DNA of 41,522 nt, from the IMG/VR virus record IMGVR_UViG_3300029477_000009, one strand, 5' to 3'. Below, in pieces: positions 1 through 9,634 of the stretch (within the stretch, counting starts at the first letter, position 1; each line of letters opens with the position of its first letter). The translations under genes and the position numbers were made by a program. This DNA is from a virus. The notes beneath the pieces were generated by a model, which had not been told where the DNA came from, ran no database searches, and saw only the letters and a list, made by a program, of their open reading frames with translations.

Positions 1-99
1 TTTGAGTTTATGGCAATGATGGAAAGCCTTAACGAAGATTCGGCAATGTCTCATGCCCTGCAAATCAGAGGCACGGACACAAGCAAAATGAAGGGAAAA
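1..99. repeat. Terminal direct repeat, exact copy of 41424..41522 (circular-assembly overlap or terminal redundancy)
   Basis: Bases 1-99 (tttgagtttatggcaatgatgg...atgaagggaaaa) are identical to the last 99 bases. An ORF reads in frame across the join. Confidence 0.9.
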
Positions 100-204
100 C
101 AGAAACAGGAATACGAACGTCTCAAACGTAATTTAACCCCTGCACCCGCACTTTCCGAAGAGGAAAAGGAAGCTATTGACGCTTTCTGGGCGCAGATCAA
201 TTAG
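1..204 (+). CDS. Gp15-family tail assembly protein, 3' portion (continuation of 41094..41522 across the circular junction)
   Basis: The frame is open from base 1 and continues 41094..41522 in frame (..WFEFMAMMESLNEDSAMSHALQIRGTD..). It sits between the tail chaperone and the tape measure. Confidence 0.6.
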   Translation, partial: FEFMAMMESLNEDSAMSHALQIRGTDTSKMKGKQKQEYERLKRNLTPAPALSEEEKEAIDAFWAQIN

Positions 205-219
205 AAAGGCGGTGAATAA

Positions 220-3039
220 ATGGCGGATGGCTCTATCAGAATCGACGCTACTGTAAGCGACGAACAAGCGAAAAAGCAGATTGCACAAATGACGAAAGAC
301 ATTGAGAAGCAATCAGCCGCCGTAGATAAACAAGCCGCAAAGGTGCAAAAACTTGCTGATCAGTGGAACAAGGTAGCCGCTGGCGGCACGAAGGGCATTA
401 AAATGCAAGCCGACCTTGCAGCAACGGAGAAAGAAGCCGCACGTCTGGCTGCTCGGTTGGATGAAGTAAACGCTGAGATTGAAAAGGCTCAGAGCGATTA
501 CAACACCAAACTGAAACAGGCGACAACGGGCGCAATTCCACAGGAGGAATTCTCGGAATCAGCGCAAAAGCTGAATTCTCTTGTTGCTGAATCGGATAAA
601 CTGGGTGAAGCTCTGCGAAACGCAGATGATAAAGCGGCACAACTGAAACAACAGCTTTCCGAGATCAAGCAATCGTCCACGATGAGCAGCGCTGGTCAGA
701 ATGTACGGCAAAGCCTTGACAATGAGACGACGCAGTTAGAGAACATGAAGACTGGGCTGAAACAGTCCAAATCGGAAATGAACGACTTCGTAAGTCAAAC
801 GAATTCCAAAATGGCTAAACTGAAACGAGTTATTGCGAGTTTGGGCGTTGGCTTGAAAAACTCTGTCGGAAGTCTGCAAAATTCGCTCGGCGGCAAATTG
901 GGCGCAACGATTGACAAGCTCAAAGCCAAATTCTCCAATTTCGGACGTTCCAGCCAAAAGTCCATGAAGAAAGCAACGGGCGGCGTGCAGTCGTTCGGTG
1001 TGCGTCTGCGTTCTATCGTTGCGGGGGCGTTGTTCTTCAACTTGATTTCCAAAGCGCTTACGGCAATGGCTGACCGTTTGGGCAAGGTTATGCTTGCGAA
1101 CAAGACGTTTGCAAAGTCGTTCGGGCAGGTGAAAAGCAACCTGCTGACGGCGTTTCAGCCTATCTATGAATCTATCATTCCGTGGCTGAATAAGTTGATG
1201 CAGGCTCTTGCGCAGGTAACGGCACAGATGGCGCAGTTTATCGCGTCTGTGTTCGGTACGACTGCACAGCAGGCGCAGGAAAATACAAAGGAACTGAATG
1301 GGCAAGCGGATGCACTGGATTCCACGGCATCGTCTGCAAAGAAAGCCGAAAAAGCTCTTGCATCGTTCGATACAGTCCAGAAATTAACCAATAACAGCGA
1401 TAACACGACCGAACCGAGCGCACCTAAGTTTGATACGGATTATTCCGCAGCAAAAAATCAGACACCGCAATGGCTCACTGACTTTTGGAAAGTATTTCAG
1501 GATTCGTGGGCGCAGTACGGACAGCAGACTATTGAAAGCGCAAAGAACGCTCTTTCTGCGCTGAAAGACATGGTTTCCGCTATCGGTCAGTCGTTTATGG
1601 CAATCTGGACGAACGGAACCGGACTTGAAACGCTTAACAACATTCAACTGCTGCTGCAAACCATCTTCGATCTGATTACCGCCATTGCAACGGCATTTAC
1701 CAATGCGTGGAACACGAACAACACGGGCGAACAGATGTTGCAAGCAATTATGAACTTGCTGAACACGATCATTCAGATTATCACATCTATTGGTCAAGCG
1801 TTCATTGCGGCATGGAACGATGGTAACGCGGGTCAAATCATGCTGCAGGCTATCATGGCGGCGATTACGAATGTTGTTAGCTTTGTAAATTCCATCGGTC
1901 AGGCATTCCTAACGGCATGGAATGATGCTGGTTTGGGCGAAAGCATAATGGGACATATTATTTCCATCGTCACAAATATTGCAAACGCGATTGGCAATAT
2001 CGCACAGAGATTGCAGGAAGCATGGGAGAAGAACAACAACGGCGTGCAAATTTGGGAAGCCATTCTCGGTATTGTTGATTCTATCCTCGGATTTATTGAC
2101 CGAATCACGGAAGCTACTGCACAATGGGCGGCACATCTTAACTTTGAGCCGCTTATGGAATCTATCAAGAATATCCTGCAAGCAATCAAGAATCTTGCGG
2201 ATTCGCTCGGTGATGTACTGGGTGATTTGTACGAAAATGTTGTCCTTCCGATGCTGACGTGGGTAATCCAAACGGGGCTACCGGGTTTGGTTAACTTGCT
2301 TGCAAGTGTAATTCAGTTTTTAGCCAAACATAAGGAATTGCTTGTAGTTCTTACGGGTTTGGTTGTTAGCTTTATTGCTGCATTTAAGTTGGTTACGATT
2401 ATTCAGCAGTTCATCACTATGGCAGCGGCTATCGGAAAGGTTGTTGACGGAATTACTCCACTAACAGCCGCTTTGGCTCTTATAATCATGTTGACTGCTG
2501 GAATTATGGGTGCATGGAGCAATCTTACTCCTCTGGAACGTGCAACAACCGTTATTTACGGAATTGTTGCCGCTGTTGCTGCATTGGCTGTTGCACTTGG
2601 TGCATTAACCGGCGCAGCGGGTGCTATCGCGGCGGCTGCTGCATTGGCTATCGGCATTGGCATGGTGTATAAGAACATCAACGCTGCAAGCAAACGATCT
2701 GCATCGTCCACAAGAGCCTACAGTCTCGGCAATGCCGATCGACCTGTTGCGCTTTCTACGAGCGATATCCCCGTCCTTGCAAATGGTGCAGTTATCAGCC
2801 CGAACAGCGAATTTCTCGCGCTGCTGGGCGATCAGAAAAGCGGCGTGAACGTGGAAACCCCACTGTCCACCATGATTGATGCGTTTAACGCGGCACTTGA
2901 CGCACGCGGCGGCACCGGCAACAGCAGTCAGCCTATTGAGCTGTACATCGACGGCGCGAAGTTTGCACGCATTACCGGCCCGTACAACAGCGGTGAAACG
3001 CGGCGGCGCGGTGTGAGCCTTGTAACAGGAGGTGCATAA
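220..3039 (+). CDS. Tail tape measure protein
   Basis: 939 aa with an N-terminal coiled coil, internal ~35-aa repeats (..IGQAFxxAWNxxxxGxxMLQAIM..) and C-terminal Ala/Gly-rich hydrophobic segments. It lies between the chaperone genes and the distal tail genes. Confidence 0.9.
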   Translation: MADGSIRIDATVSDEQAKKQIAQMTKDIEKQSAAVDKQAAKVQKLADQWNKVAAGGTKGIKMQADLAATEKEAARLAARLDEVNAEIEKAQSDYNTKLKQATTGAIPQEEFSESAQKLNSLVAESDKLGEALRNADDKAAQLKQQLSEIKQSSTMSSAGQNVRQSLDNETTQLENMKTGLKQSKSEMNDFVSQTNSKMAKLKRVIASLGVGLKNSVGSLQNSLGGKLGATIDKLKAKFSNFGRSSQKSMKKATGGVQSFGVRLRSIVAGALFFNLISKALTAMADRLGKVMLANKTFAKSFGQVKSNLLTAFQPIYESIIPWLNKLMQALAQVTAQMAQFIASVFGTTAQQAQENTKELNGQADALDSTASSAKKAEKALASFDTVQKLTNNSDNTTEPSAPKFDTDYSAAKNQTPQWLTDFWKVFQDSWAQYGQQTIESAKNALSALKDMVSAIGQSFMAIWTNGTGLETLNNIQLLLQTIFDLITAIATAFTNAWNTNNTGEQMLQAIMNLLNTIIQIITSIGQAFIAAWNDGNAGQIMLQAIMAAITNVVSFVNSIGQAFLTAWNDAGLGESIMGHIISIVTNIANAIGNIAQRLQEAWEKNNNGVQIWEAILGIVDSILGFIDRITEATAQWAAHLNFEPLMESIKNILQAIKNLADSLGDVLGDLYENVVLPMLTWVIQTGLPGLVNLLASVIQFLAKHKELLVVLTGLVVSFIAAFKLVTIIQQFITMAAAIGKVVDGITPLTAALALIIMLTAGIMGAWSNLTPLERATTVIYGIVAAVAALAVALGALTGAAGAIAAAAALAIGIGMVYKNINAASKRSASSTRAYSLGNADRPVALSTSDIPVLANGAVISPNSEFLALLGDQKSGVNVETPLSTMIDAFNAALDARGGTGNSSQPIELYIDGAKFARITGPYNSGETRRRGVSLVTGGA

Positions 3040-3417
3040 ATGGAACTTACCGTAGACGGCAAGAAGTACAACGTCCTTGTTACAAGCCTTACCCGTAAAT
3101 TTCAGGTGCTTGACGGCAAGAACGCAGAGCGAACGCTCAGCGGCGCAATGATTCGCGACATTATCGGTACGTTTTACAACTACGAGATTACGATTCTTCC
3201 CGCAGTTGGCAAGTACGGCGACTACGATGCGCTGTACGAGGTTCTGAGTGCACCGCAGGACAGTCACAGAATTGTTGTTCCGTATGCACAGAGCACGCTT
3301 ACGTTTAACGCATATGTTACTGCTGGACAAGACAATCTCGTTCGCAAGAAACCCGGAGAAGCATACTGGACGGGGCTTTCCGTTCAGTTTATCGCAATGG
3401 CACCGCAAAGGACGTGA
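3040..3417 (+). CDS. Small distal-tail (Dit-like) protein
   Basis: 125 aa that starts 1 nt after the tape measure stop, which is the canonical Dit position. Confidence 0.55.
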   Translation: MELTVDGKKYNVLVTSLTRKFQVLDGKNAERTLSGAMIRDIIGTFYNYEITILPAVGKYGDYDALYEVLSAPQDSHRIVVPYAQSTLTFNAYVTAGQDNLVRKKPGEAYWTGLSVQFIAMAPQRT

Positions 3418-3420
3418 CAC

Positions 3421-5559
3421 ATGGGAACAAATAAAATTCTTTATCTGGATAAGGTGTTCACGGCAACAGATGTAAAGTCGGGGAATATGTATCAAGCACG
3501 TTCCCCGATTGCTGCATCACAGGAAATTGATACTTTTAGTTTCGATGTATACAGTGAAAACACCACATTAACCGAATTTATCCGCAACACGCCATTGACG
3601 TATTTCCATAATGATGAACAAATGGGAATCTACTATGTGCAGAAAATCAGTCGAAAGTCCATCAACACCTATCATTTCGCCTGTACTTCGACCGTTGGCC
3701 TGCTGGATGAAACCTACCACGACGGCGGTATCTATACCGGCGAAACCGTGCGCGAAGTTTGTACGGACATTTGCTCACCGCTGACCTGCTATGTTAAGTC
3801 CAACATTGCCAACATCAAACTTTACGGTTGGCTGCCTATTGCAACTCGGCGCGAAAACCTTGCGCAAGTGCTGTTTGCTGTCGGCGCAACGCTGAAAGTA
3901 GACTACAATGGTGCAATCCGTATCGAGGGCTTGTGGGACGGACAGTCGAGCGAAATCACCGCAAGCGAAATGTACGCGGGCGGCTCGGTGGAGTATGCAA
4001 CGCCTGTTACTGAGGTAATCGTAACCGAACACGCCTATTCGCAGAGCGCAACGGAAACGACAGAGCTTTTCAAGGGCACAACGTCGGCAGGCGACAAAAT
4101 CACCTTCGACGAACCGTGCTATGACCTCGCGGCATCTGGCTTTTCCATTCTTGCAAGCGGTGCAAATTGGGCAACGGTTTCGGCAGGTTCGGGCGCGCTG
4201 ACGGGCAAGAAGTACACGCACGTTACCCGGCAGGTAATGCAGCAGATTAAACCGAAAACACGCGAACTCGTTACGCAGTCCGACAATACGGTTAAGGTAG
4301 AGAACGCAACGCTCGTATCTCTCGTAAATGCAACGGCAGTCGCAGAACGCCTCGCTGAGTATTACAGCCACAACGAACGTATCAATTACAAAATCGCGGT
4401 TAAACGTGAAACCCCCGGTGATGTAGTGAAGATTGCGCATCCTTACGGCGGTACAGTCTCCGGCTGCATTGAAAGCGCGGATATCACGGTATCCGGCAAA
4501 CTTGCAGCAGAGGAAAGCGTGCTGATTGATTATTTCCCGCCGGATATTGGTGTGCAGGAATATTACGACACGGTAGAAGTCCTGACGCAGAACGGCACTT
4601 GGACTGTGCCGGAAAACGTGACCTCTGCGCGAATTGTGCTGATTGGCGGAGGGTCTGGCGGTTCAAGTGGATGTGAGGGCGAAGATGGCAAGAGTGTGCA
4701 CGGCGGCGGCGCAGGCGGCAAAGGCGGCGTGGCAGGCGCAGGTGGCGCGGGCGGAAAGGTTTACAGCGTTGAAATGGATGTTACGCCCGGAGCGAATTAC
4801 GCAGTGCAAATTGGTGCAGGCGGCAAAGGTGGCGTATATTCCGCAGACGGCAGCGTAGCCGGTACGTCTGGCGTGCAAACAAAGTTCGGCTCGCTATCCT
4901 CTGAAAACGGCTCATCTTCCGATATTGGTTTTGCAGACCCAGTCAATAACCAGTTTTACGCCCAAGCCGGAGACGATGGCATTAAGGGCGGAGATGGAGG
5001 CAACGGCGGCGAAGCAAACTATACAAGCGATGATAGCAAGGTTCGCGCAGGCAAAGACGGAGGAAACGCCCTCGGCTACGCAGGCGGCAAGGGTGCAAGC
5101 GGTAGCGCGGCTAAATACGACGGTCAGATTGGCGTTTCTGGCGGTGGCGGTGGCGGCGGCGCCGCTATGGGCAACGCGGGAGGAGATGGCAATACCGGAC
5201 GCTTGGAATGGACGAATTTCTCCCTTCCCGAGCATACCGGTCAAGGATGGCTCGCAAAAGGCGGCGCAGGCGGCTCTGGCGGTAACGCAACTATCATTCC
5301 GAACACGCCTACCATGCTCGGCAGTGGCGGCGGTGGCGGTCACGGAGGCGGCGGCGGAGGCGGCGGCGGATTGACGCAAGCTGTGTCCACGTGGAGCCAT
5401 TCCGGCGGCAGCGGTGGTTCCGGCTCTTCCGGCGGCGACGGTGCGCCCGGCTGCGTGCTCATCTATTACCGTGTATACCGTGCAAGCTCTTCCGGACGGT
5501 TTGTCACTCGTGACGGCAAAGGCTTTAATGAGAAATTCACAAGAAAGGTTGTGGTTTAA
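3421..5559 (+). CDS. Tail tip / tail-associated protein with extreme glycine-rich C-terminal domain
   Basis: 712 aa in the Tal position. The C-terminal ~280 aa carries GGGSGGSSG, GGGAGGKGGVAGAGGAGG, GGGGGGAAMGNAGGDGN and GGGGGHGGGGGGGGG runs. Confidence 0.7.
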   Translation: MGTNKILYLDKVFTATDVKSGNMYQARSPIAASQEIDTFSFDVYSENTTLTEFIRNTPLTYFHNDEQMGIYYVQKISRKSINTYHFACTSTVGLLDETYHDGGIYTGETVREVCTDICSPLTCYVKSNIANIKLYGWLPIATRRENLAQVLFAVGATLKVDYNGAIRIEGLWDGQSSEITASEMYAGGSVEYATPVTEVIVTEHAYSQSATETTELFKGTTSAGDKITFDEPCYDLAASGFSILASGANWATVSAGSGALTGKKYTHVTRQVMQQIKPKTRELVTQSDNTVKVENATLVSLVNATAVAERLAEYYSHNERINYKIAVKRETPGDVVKIAHPYGGTVSGCIESADITVSGKLAAEESVLIDYFPPDIGVQEYYDTVEVLTQNGTWTVPENVTSARIVLIGGGSGGSSGCEGEDGKSVHGGGAGGKGGVAGAGGAGGKVYSVEMDVTPGANYAVQIGAGGKGGVYSADGSVAGTSGVQTKFGSLSSENGSSSDIGFADPVNNQFYAQAGDDGIKGGDGGNGGEANYTSDDSKVRAGKDGGNALGYAGGKGASGSAAKYDGQIGVSGGGGGGGAAMGNAGGDGNTGRLEWTNFSLPEHTGQGWLAKGGAGGSGGNATIIPNTPTMLGSGGGGGHGGGGGGGGGLTQAVSTWSHSGGSGGSGSSGGDGAPGCVLIYYRVYRASSSGRFVTRDGKGFNEKFTRKVVV

Positions 5560-6653
5560 TGCCTGATACTTATATATCACAGTTTAGCGGCGAAGAAATT
5601 GACTCTGCGCTGAGAGCGGCGCAGATTATCTCCGGCGCGGATACGCCTGCTGAACTGCGAAAAAAGCTCGAAATTCGAGGCGATACCATTCCGGTCAGCG
5701 CGACAGACCCCACGCCTGTTTCCGAAGCACTGACAGCATCCGGCGGCGGTGTCAACCCCAATTTGCTTGACAACTGGTACTTCGGCAGACCCGTGAACCA
5801 GAGAGGGCAGACGGAATGGGCGTCCTCTGCGAGTGCCTATGTTCCGTGCGTAGACAGATGGAATTGGTGGGGGCAGTATGCAGCCGGTTCAACCCTGAAA
5901 CTTCTGGATGATGGACTGCAACTTATCGGGGAACCTAACGTAGCAGGACTTTATCAGCATATCTCACAGAAGATTGAAAAGGATAGGTTGCCTATAGGAG
6001 CAGCCGTTACACTATCTGCTCTTGTCAAGTCGGAGTCTGATGCCTCAATTATTCTTAGTATAGACGGCAAAAACTATACGACTGTAGCAGTTCAAGCGAA
6101 TGTCTGGGAGTTAATTACTTACACGCTCAATGCTCCAAGTGTCGAGCAGACTTATGACATAAGTATTCAGCGGAATACAGCTGGCACAACTTTTACTGTT
6201 AAAGCCGCCAAGCTCGAACTCGGCGACACGCAGACCCTTGCGCACAAAGAGGGCGACAAGTGGGTGCTGAATGAAATTCCGGATTTTGGGGAGCAGCTGA
6301 GGAGATGCACGTACTATGCAGAGAAGGTTGAGAGTAAAGATACACCCGCAATCACAAACTCTACGTTTGTTCCTTCCGGTGCTACAAGTGCAGTATTCAT
6401 TCTCCCTTATGCAAGGAAACGTACAGTACCAGCAATCAATTTTAACGATGTAAGTAACTATCGAATTATCGCACGAACTATTTCTGGTGGAACTACTGCA
6501 TTTTCTGTAACAGCTATATCACTTTTAGACATTGGTAGAACAAAAGCAGCTATTCTCGTGTCTTTTAACACAACTGATCAAGGCTATTACTGTTTCTTGC
6601 AGCGTTCTGATAACGCAGCCGCCGGGTATGCCTTTATTTCCGCCGACCTTTAA
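5559..6653 (+). CDS. Tail fibre / receptor-binding protein
   Basis: 364 aa with an ATGA overlap onto the previous gene. It has the NLLDNWYFGRPVNQRG and KLELGDT motifs typical of Firmicutes phage fibres, and its C-terminal half is AT-richer. Confidence 0.6.
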   Translation: MPDTYISQFSGEEIDSALRAAQIISGADTPAELRKKLEIRGDTIPVSATDPTPVSEALTASGGGVNPNLLDNWYFGRPVNQRGQTEWASSASAYVPCVDRWNWWGQYAAGSTLKLLDDGLQLIGEPNVAGLYQHISQKIEKDRLPIGAAVTLSALVKSESDASIILSIDGKNYTTVAVQANVWELITYTLNAPSVEQTYDISIQRNTAGTTFTVKAAKLELGDTQTLAHKEGDKWVLNEIPDFGEQLRRCTYYAEKVESKDTPAITNSTFVPSGATSAVFILPYARKRTVPAINFNDVSNYRIIARTISGGTTAFSVTAISLLDIGRTKAAILVSFNTTDQGYYCFLQRSDNAAAGYAFISADL

Positions 6654-6667
6654 GGAGGTGACACACC

Positions 6668-7027
6668 ATGCAAACATCAAAATCGCGCGTCTATGTACTG
6701 ACAGACGCACAAGGACGCATTACCCGCCTCGAGGGCGAGTACACTCTGCCTTCCGACCTCACCGACTGGACACTGATTGATGAGGGGTACGGGGACGCAT
6801 TTAACCTTGCGCAGACCCACTATCTCTCGAAGCCGCTTTACACCGAACACGGCGTTATGCGGTACAAGCTGGTGGACGGCAAGGTCGTAGAGCGCACTGC
6901 CGAGGAAATCGAGGCGGACAAGGCGGCGTTACCTAAACCCGAGCCAACCGCAGAGGACGACACAAACGCTATGATGGTAGACCACGAATACAGGTTAACC
7001 CTGCTTGAACTGGGTCTCAACGAATGA
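6668..7027 (+). CDS. Hypothetical protein after the fibre (XkdW-like position)
   Basis: 119 aa with RBS aaggaggtgacacacc upstream. It lies between the fibre and the XkdX-like gene. Confidence 0.5.
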   Translation: MQTSKSRVYVLTDAQGRITRLEGEYTLPSDLTDWTLIDEGYGDAFNLAQTHYLSKPLYTEHGVMRYKLVDGKVVERTAEEIEADKAALPKPEPTAEDDTNAMMVDHEYRLTLLELGLNE

Positions 7028-7041
7028 AAGGAGCAAACACA

Positions 7042-7185
7042 ATGTTATTTCGTACTTTGAAGCGCATGATCGAGAAGAACCAGACCGACGGCCTTGCAGA
7101 CAAGATCGACATCTTTTTTGCAGCAGGCAAGCTCACCGAAAGCGAGTACAACACGCTGACCGAAATGCTGAAGCAGGAGGTGTAG
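7042..7185 (+). CDS. XkdX-family small phage protein
   Basis: 47 aa, MLFRTLKRMIEKNQTDGLADKIDIFFAAGKLTESEYNTLTEMLKQEV, with RBS aaaggag. It is below the ORF-track cutoff. The ..G.iT..eY..lT.. signature and its position before the holin support the call. Confidence 0.55.
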   Translation: MLFRTLKRMIEKNQTDGLADKIDIFFAAGKLTESEYNTLTEMLKQEV

Positions 7186-7186
7186 C

Positions 7187-7360
7187 ATGAAGGGCGCAGA
7201 AAACACCGCTGCACCGAACATGATCGTCGATGAGTTTTTTCCGAAGCACATCAGACAGCGTGAGGACTTTGCAGAAATCCGCGAGGCGGTGCGCAAATGC
7301 AGGATTACGGAGCTGTATCTCACGCAGAAGTACAACAGAAAGAGAGAAAAGCATGGATAA
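7187..7360 (+). CDS. Hypothetical 57-aa protein
   Basis: MKGAENTAAPNMIVDEFFPKHIRQREDFAEIREAVRKCRITELYLTQKYNRKREKHG. It fills the gap before the holin and overlaps the holin start by 8 nt. Confidence 0.4.
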   Translation: MKGAENTAAPNMIVDEFFPKHIRQREDFAEIREAVRKCRITELYLTQKYNRKREKHG

Positions 7361-7811
7361 TGTAAACAATTTTAAGACGGCTGTTACCGCTTGCGTTGCC
7401 GTCCTTACCGCCCTGTGGGGGTGGTTCGGTTGGCTTGTAGTGCTGTTTGTTGTCGCGATGGCGGCGGACTACCTGACGGGCACGGCGGCGGCAATGCAGG
7501 CGGGTGCATGGAACAAAAAGATTGCATGGAAGGGCATTACGCGCAAGGTTGCACAGATTGCTATTGTAGCGGTTGCAGGCGGTGCAGATTTGCTTGTCGG
7601 AACGATTGTGGGGCATCTGCCCATGGTCACACTGCCGTTTGAATACACTGTGCTGTTCTGCCCTCTCGTTGTCGTATGGTACACGCTGACGGAACTCGGC
7701 AGTATCGTGGAGAACGCGGTTTCCCTCGGTGCACCCGTTCCGGCGTGGCTGCAAAAGGCACTTTCTGCCGCAAAGGACGCGGTGGACAAAATCGGAGATG
7801 AGGAAAAATGA
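7353..7811 (+). CDS. Holin (phage_holin_4 / TcdE-like family)
   Basis: Starts at the internal ATG MDNVNNFK. It has three hydrophobic helices and an ADYLTG..A motif, and lies immediately upstream of the amidase. Confidence 0.8.
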   Translation: MDNVNNFKTAVTACVAVLTALWGWFGWLVVLFVVAMAADYLTGTAAAMQAGAWNKKIAWKGITRKVAQIAIVAVAGGADLLVGTIVGHLPMVTLPFEYTVLFCPLVVVWYTLTELGSIVENAVSLGAPVPAWLQKALSAAKDAVDKIGDEEK

Positions 7812-8536
7812 AAATCACTTTTAAGGGCTGTAATCCCAGTAACTACCGCAAGGGCAGAGAGTTCCCGATCAACTGGATTTGCCTGCACTTTACCGCGAAC
7901 AACGGCGATACCGCGCAGAATAACGCGGATTATTTCGCACGCGAAGTAGTGGAAGCGTCGGCTCACTACTTTGTAGACCCGAACGAGATTTACCAGAGCG
8001 TAAAGGACAGCGACACGGCGTGGCATTGCGGCAGGGAACGCGGCGGCAGTTACTACAACGACTGCCGCAACGCAAATTCTATTGGAATTGAAATGTGTAG
8101 CGTTATCCGAAACGGCGTGTACGTTATCCCGGAGGAAACCATGAAGCGCGCCGCAAAGCTGACCCGTGAGCTGATGGCAAAGTACCATGTGCCGGTATCG
8201 CGCGTGTGCCGTCACTATGATGTGACGCATAAGGAATGCCCCGAACCGTGGGTACGCAATCCGCAGTTGTGGCAGAAATTCAAAACCATGCTGACAGAGA
8301 AAGAGGTTGAAGATATGACGGAAGCGCAGACGCGCAAAATCGCGCAGGAAGAAATCAAAAAAGCAAACGCAAAGGTTTATGACCGCGTGCAGGACTGCCC
8401 GACATGGGCGAAAGACACGGTGCAGCGGCTTGTGAACAAGGGCTTTTTGCAGGGCGATGAAAACGGCAAGCTGGGTCTTACTGAAGAGCTGATGCGTGTG
8501 CTCGTTATCAACGACCGTGCACATCTGTACGGTTAA
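7808..8536 (+). CDS. Endolysin, N-acetylmuramoyl-L-alanine amidase (Amidase_2/PGRP) with SLH-like C-terminal repeat
   Basis: Motifs HFTANNGDTAQNNADYF, AHYFVD and DTAWHCG. The C terminus reads WAKDTVQRLVNKGFLQGDENGKLGL. Confidence 0.9.
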   Translation: MKITFKGCNPSNYRKGREFPINWICLHFTANNGDTAQNNADYFAREVVEASAHYFVDPNEIYQSVKDSDTAWHCGRERGGSYYNDCRNANSIGIEMCSVIRNGVYVIPEETMKRAAKLTRELMAKYHVPVSRVCRHYDVTHKECPEPWVRNPQLWQKFKTMLTEKEVEDMTEAQTRKIAQEEIKKANAKVYDRVQDCPTWAKDTVQRLVNKGFLQGDENGKLGLTEELMRVLVINDRAHLYG

Positions 8537-8574
8537 AAACAAGACGGTATAACATACCCAAGAGGGAGGATACC

Positions 8575-8835
8575 ATGAACGAGAAAAACGAAATTCTGGC
8601 AGGTGATGTACTGTCGCTGCTGAAAAGTCAGCTGAAATTTATGAAAGCGCTTGTACTGGTGCTTATTCTGCTGCTGGCGGCAACGAACATCTATCACGTA
8701 TGGCAGTGGAGCCAGTTCGATACGGTAGTCGTGGAGAACGGGGATAACGGTGGTTATGCAAATTATGTCGCCGGAGATAACACGGGAGGTGTGTATAATG
8801 GCGAGCGTAGCGGTACGGAAGAAGAAAAACGGTAA
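8575..8835 (+). CDS. Small single-pass membrane protein
   Basis: RBS gagggagg, a TM segment ALVLVLILLLAATNIYHVW, and a Gly/Asn-rich tail. Confidence 0.5.
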   Translation: MNEKNEILAGDVLSLLKSQLKFMKALVLVLILLLAATNIYHVWQWSQFDTVVVENGDNGGYANYVAGDNTGGVYNGERSGTEEEKR

Positions 8836-8874
8836 GACCAAGGGAGTTAAGATCAAGCGGAAGGGGTAAACCGC

Positions 8875-9078
8875 ATGAACCTCAAAAAAGAGTTCACCAA
8901 GCCGGAATGCGACTATTTCCGGCGCGAGTGCAATTTTACGGATGAGGAACGCGCCGTATTCGATCTACGAGTTACGGCGCGTTCTGTTGTTCAGATTGCG
9001 GACACGCTGCATATGAGCGAGGCAACGGTTTACCGGCGGCTGCGGAATATCAAACGGAAAATACTGAAAGTTTTGTGA
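8875..9078 (+). CDS. Sigma-70 region-4-like HTH regulator (67 aa)
   Basis: FTDEERAVFDLRV..SVVQIADTLHMSEATVYRRLRNIKRKI is a sigma r4/LuxR-type HTH pattern. Confidence 0.6.
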   Translation: MNLKKEFTKPECDYFRRECNFTDEERAVFDLRVTARSVVQIADTLHMSEATVYRRLRNIKRKILKVL

Positions 9079-9134
9079 CAGGTTTTCGCGCTTCCGATGC
9101 GCTATAATAGACGCATAGAGAGGGGCGATAAAGC

Positions 9135-9290
9135 ATGAGCTACGAACAAAGACTGGAACGTATCGGCTACGACAAGCAGTGTGCGCGGCGCATTGCTGAG
9201 GACTACCGCGAGGCGGGGAACACAAAGTATCTCGACGAGTACCTTGCCTACAAGGAGCGCTCCCTTCACGAAACGGAGGTGCACGGATAA
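9135..9290 (+). CDS. Hypothetical 51-aa protein
   Basis: MSYEQRLERIGYDKQCARRIAEDYREAGNTKYLDEYLAYKERSLHETEVHG. RBS gagagggg; its stop overlaps the next ATG (TAATG). Confidence 0.35.
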   Translation: MSYEQRLERIGYDKQCARRIAEDYREAGNTKYLDEYLAYKERSLHETEVHG

Positions 9291-9634
9291 TGGCTTACGG
9301 TTATCCACAGTATCCACAGCAGTATTCACAACAGAATGTACAAATGCCGCAGTATCCACAACATATTGTGCGTCCGGTGGCAAGCGTCGAGGAGGCAAGA
9401 GCGGTTCAGACCGACTTTTCGGGCGCTTTAACCATTATGCCGGACACGGCACACGGATACATCTACACAAAGCAGCTCAATCTGCAAACCGGCTGCGCGG
9501 ATTTCGCGGCATACAGCCGCGTGCAGGACGCGCCGAAAGTGCAGACGGATTATGTTCCGCGAGGCGAGTTTGACGAGCTGACACGGCGATTTAACGCCCT
9601 GTGCGACCAACTGGGAGGTGCAAAGAATGAATAA
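9290..9634 (+). CDS. Hypothetical protein with Tyr/Pro/Gln-rich N-terminus
   Basis: MAYGYPQYPQQYSQQNVQMPQYPQH followed by a globular part. Translationally coupled to its neighbours. Confidence 0.55.
   Translation: MAYGYPQYPQQYSQQNVQMPQYPQHIVRPVASVEEARAVQTDFSGALTIMPDTAHGYIYTKQLNLQTGCADFAAYSRVQDAPKVQTDYVPRGEFDELTRRFNALCDQLGGAKNE

Noticed and set aside
7469-8542. A 357-aa minus-strand ORF antisense to the holin and endolysin; similar antisense ORFs occur in the tape measure, portal and terminase genes.
   Set aside because: They lie opposite genes with clear family motifs, have no RBS, and have the composition typical of antisense frames in GC-rich coding DNA.
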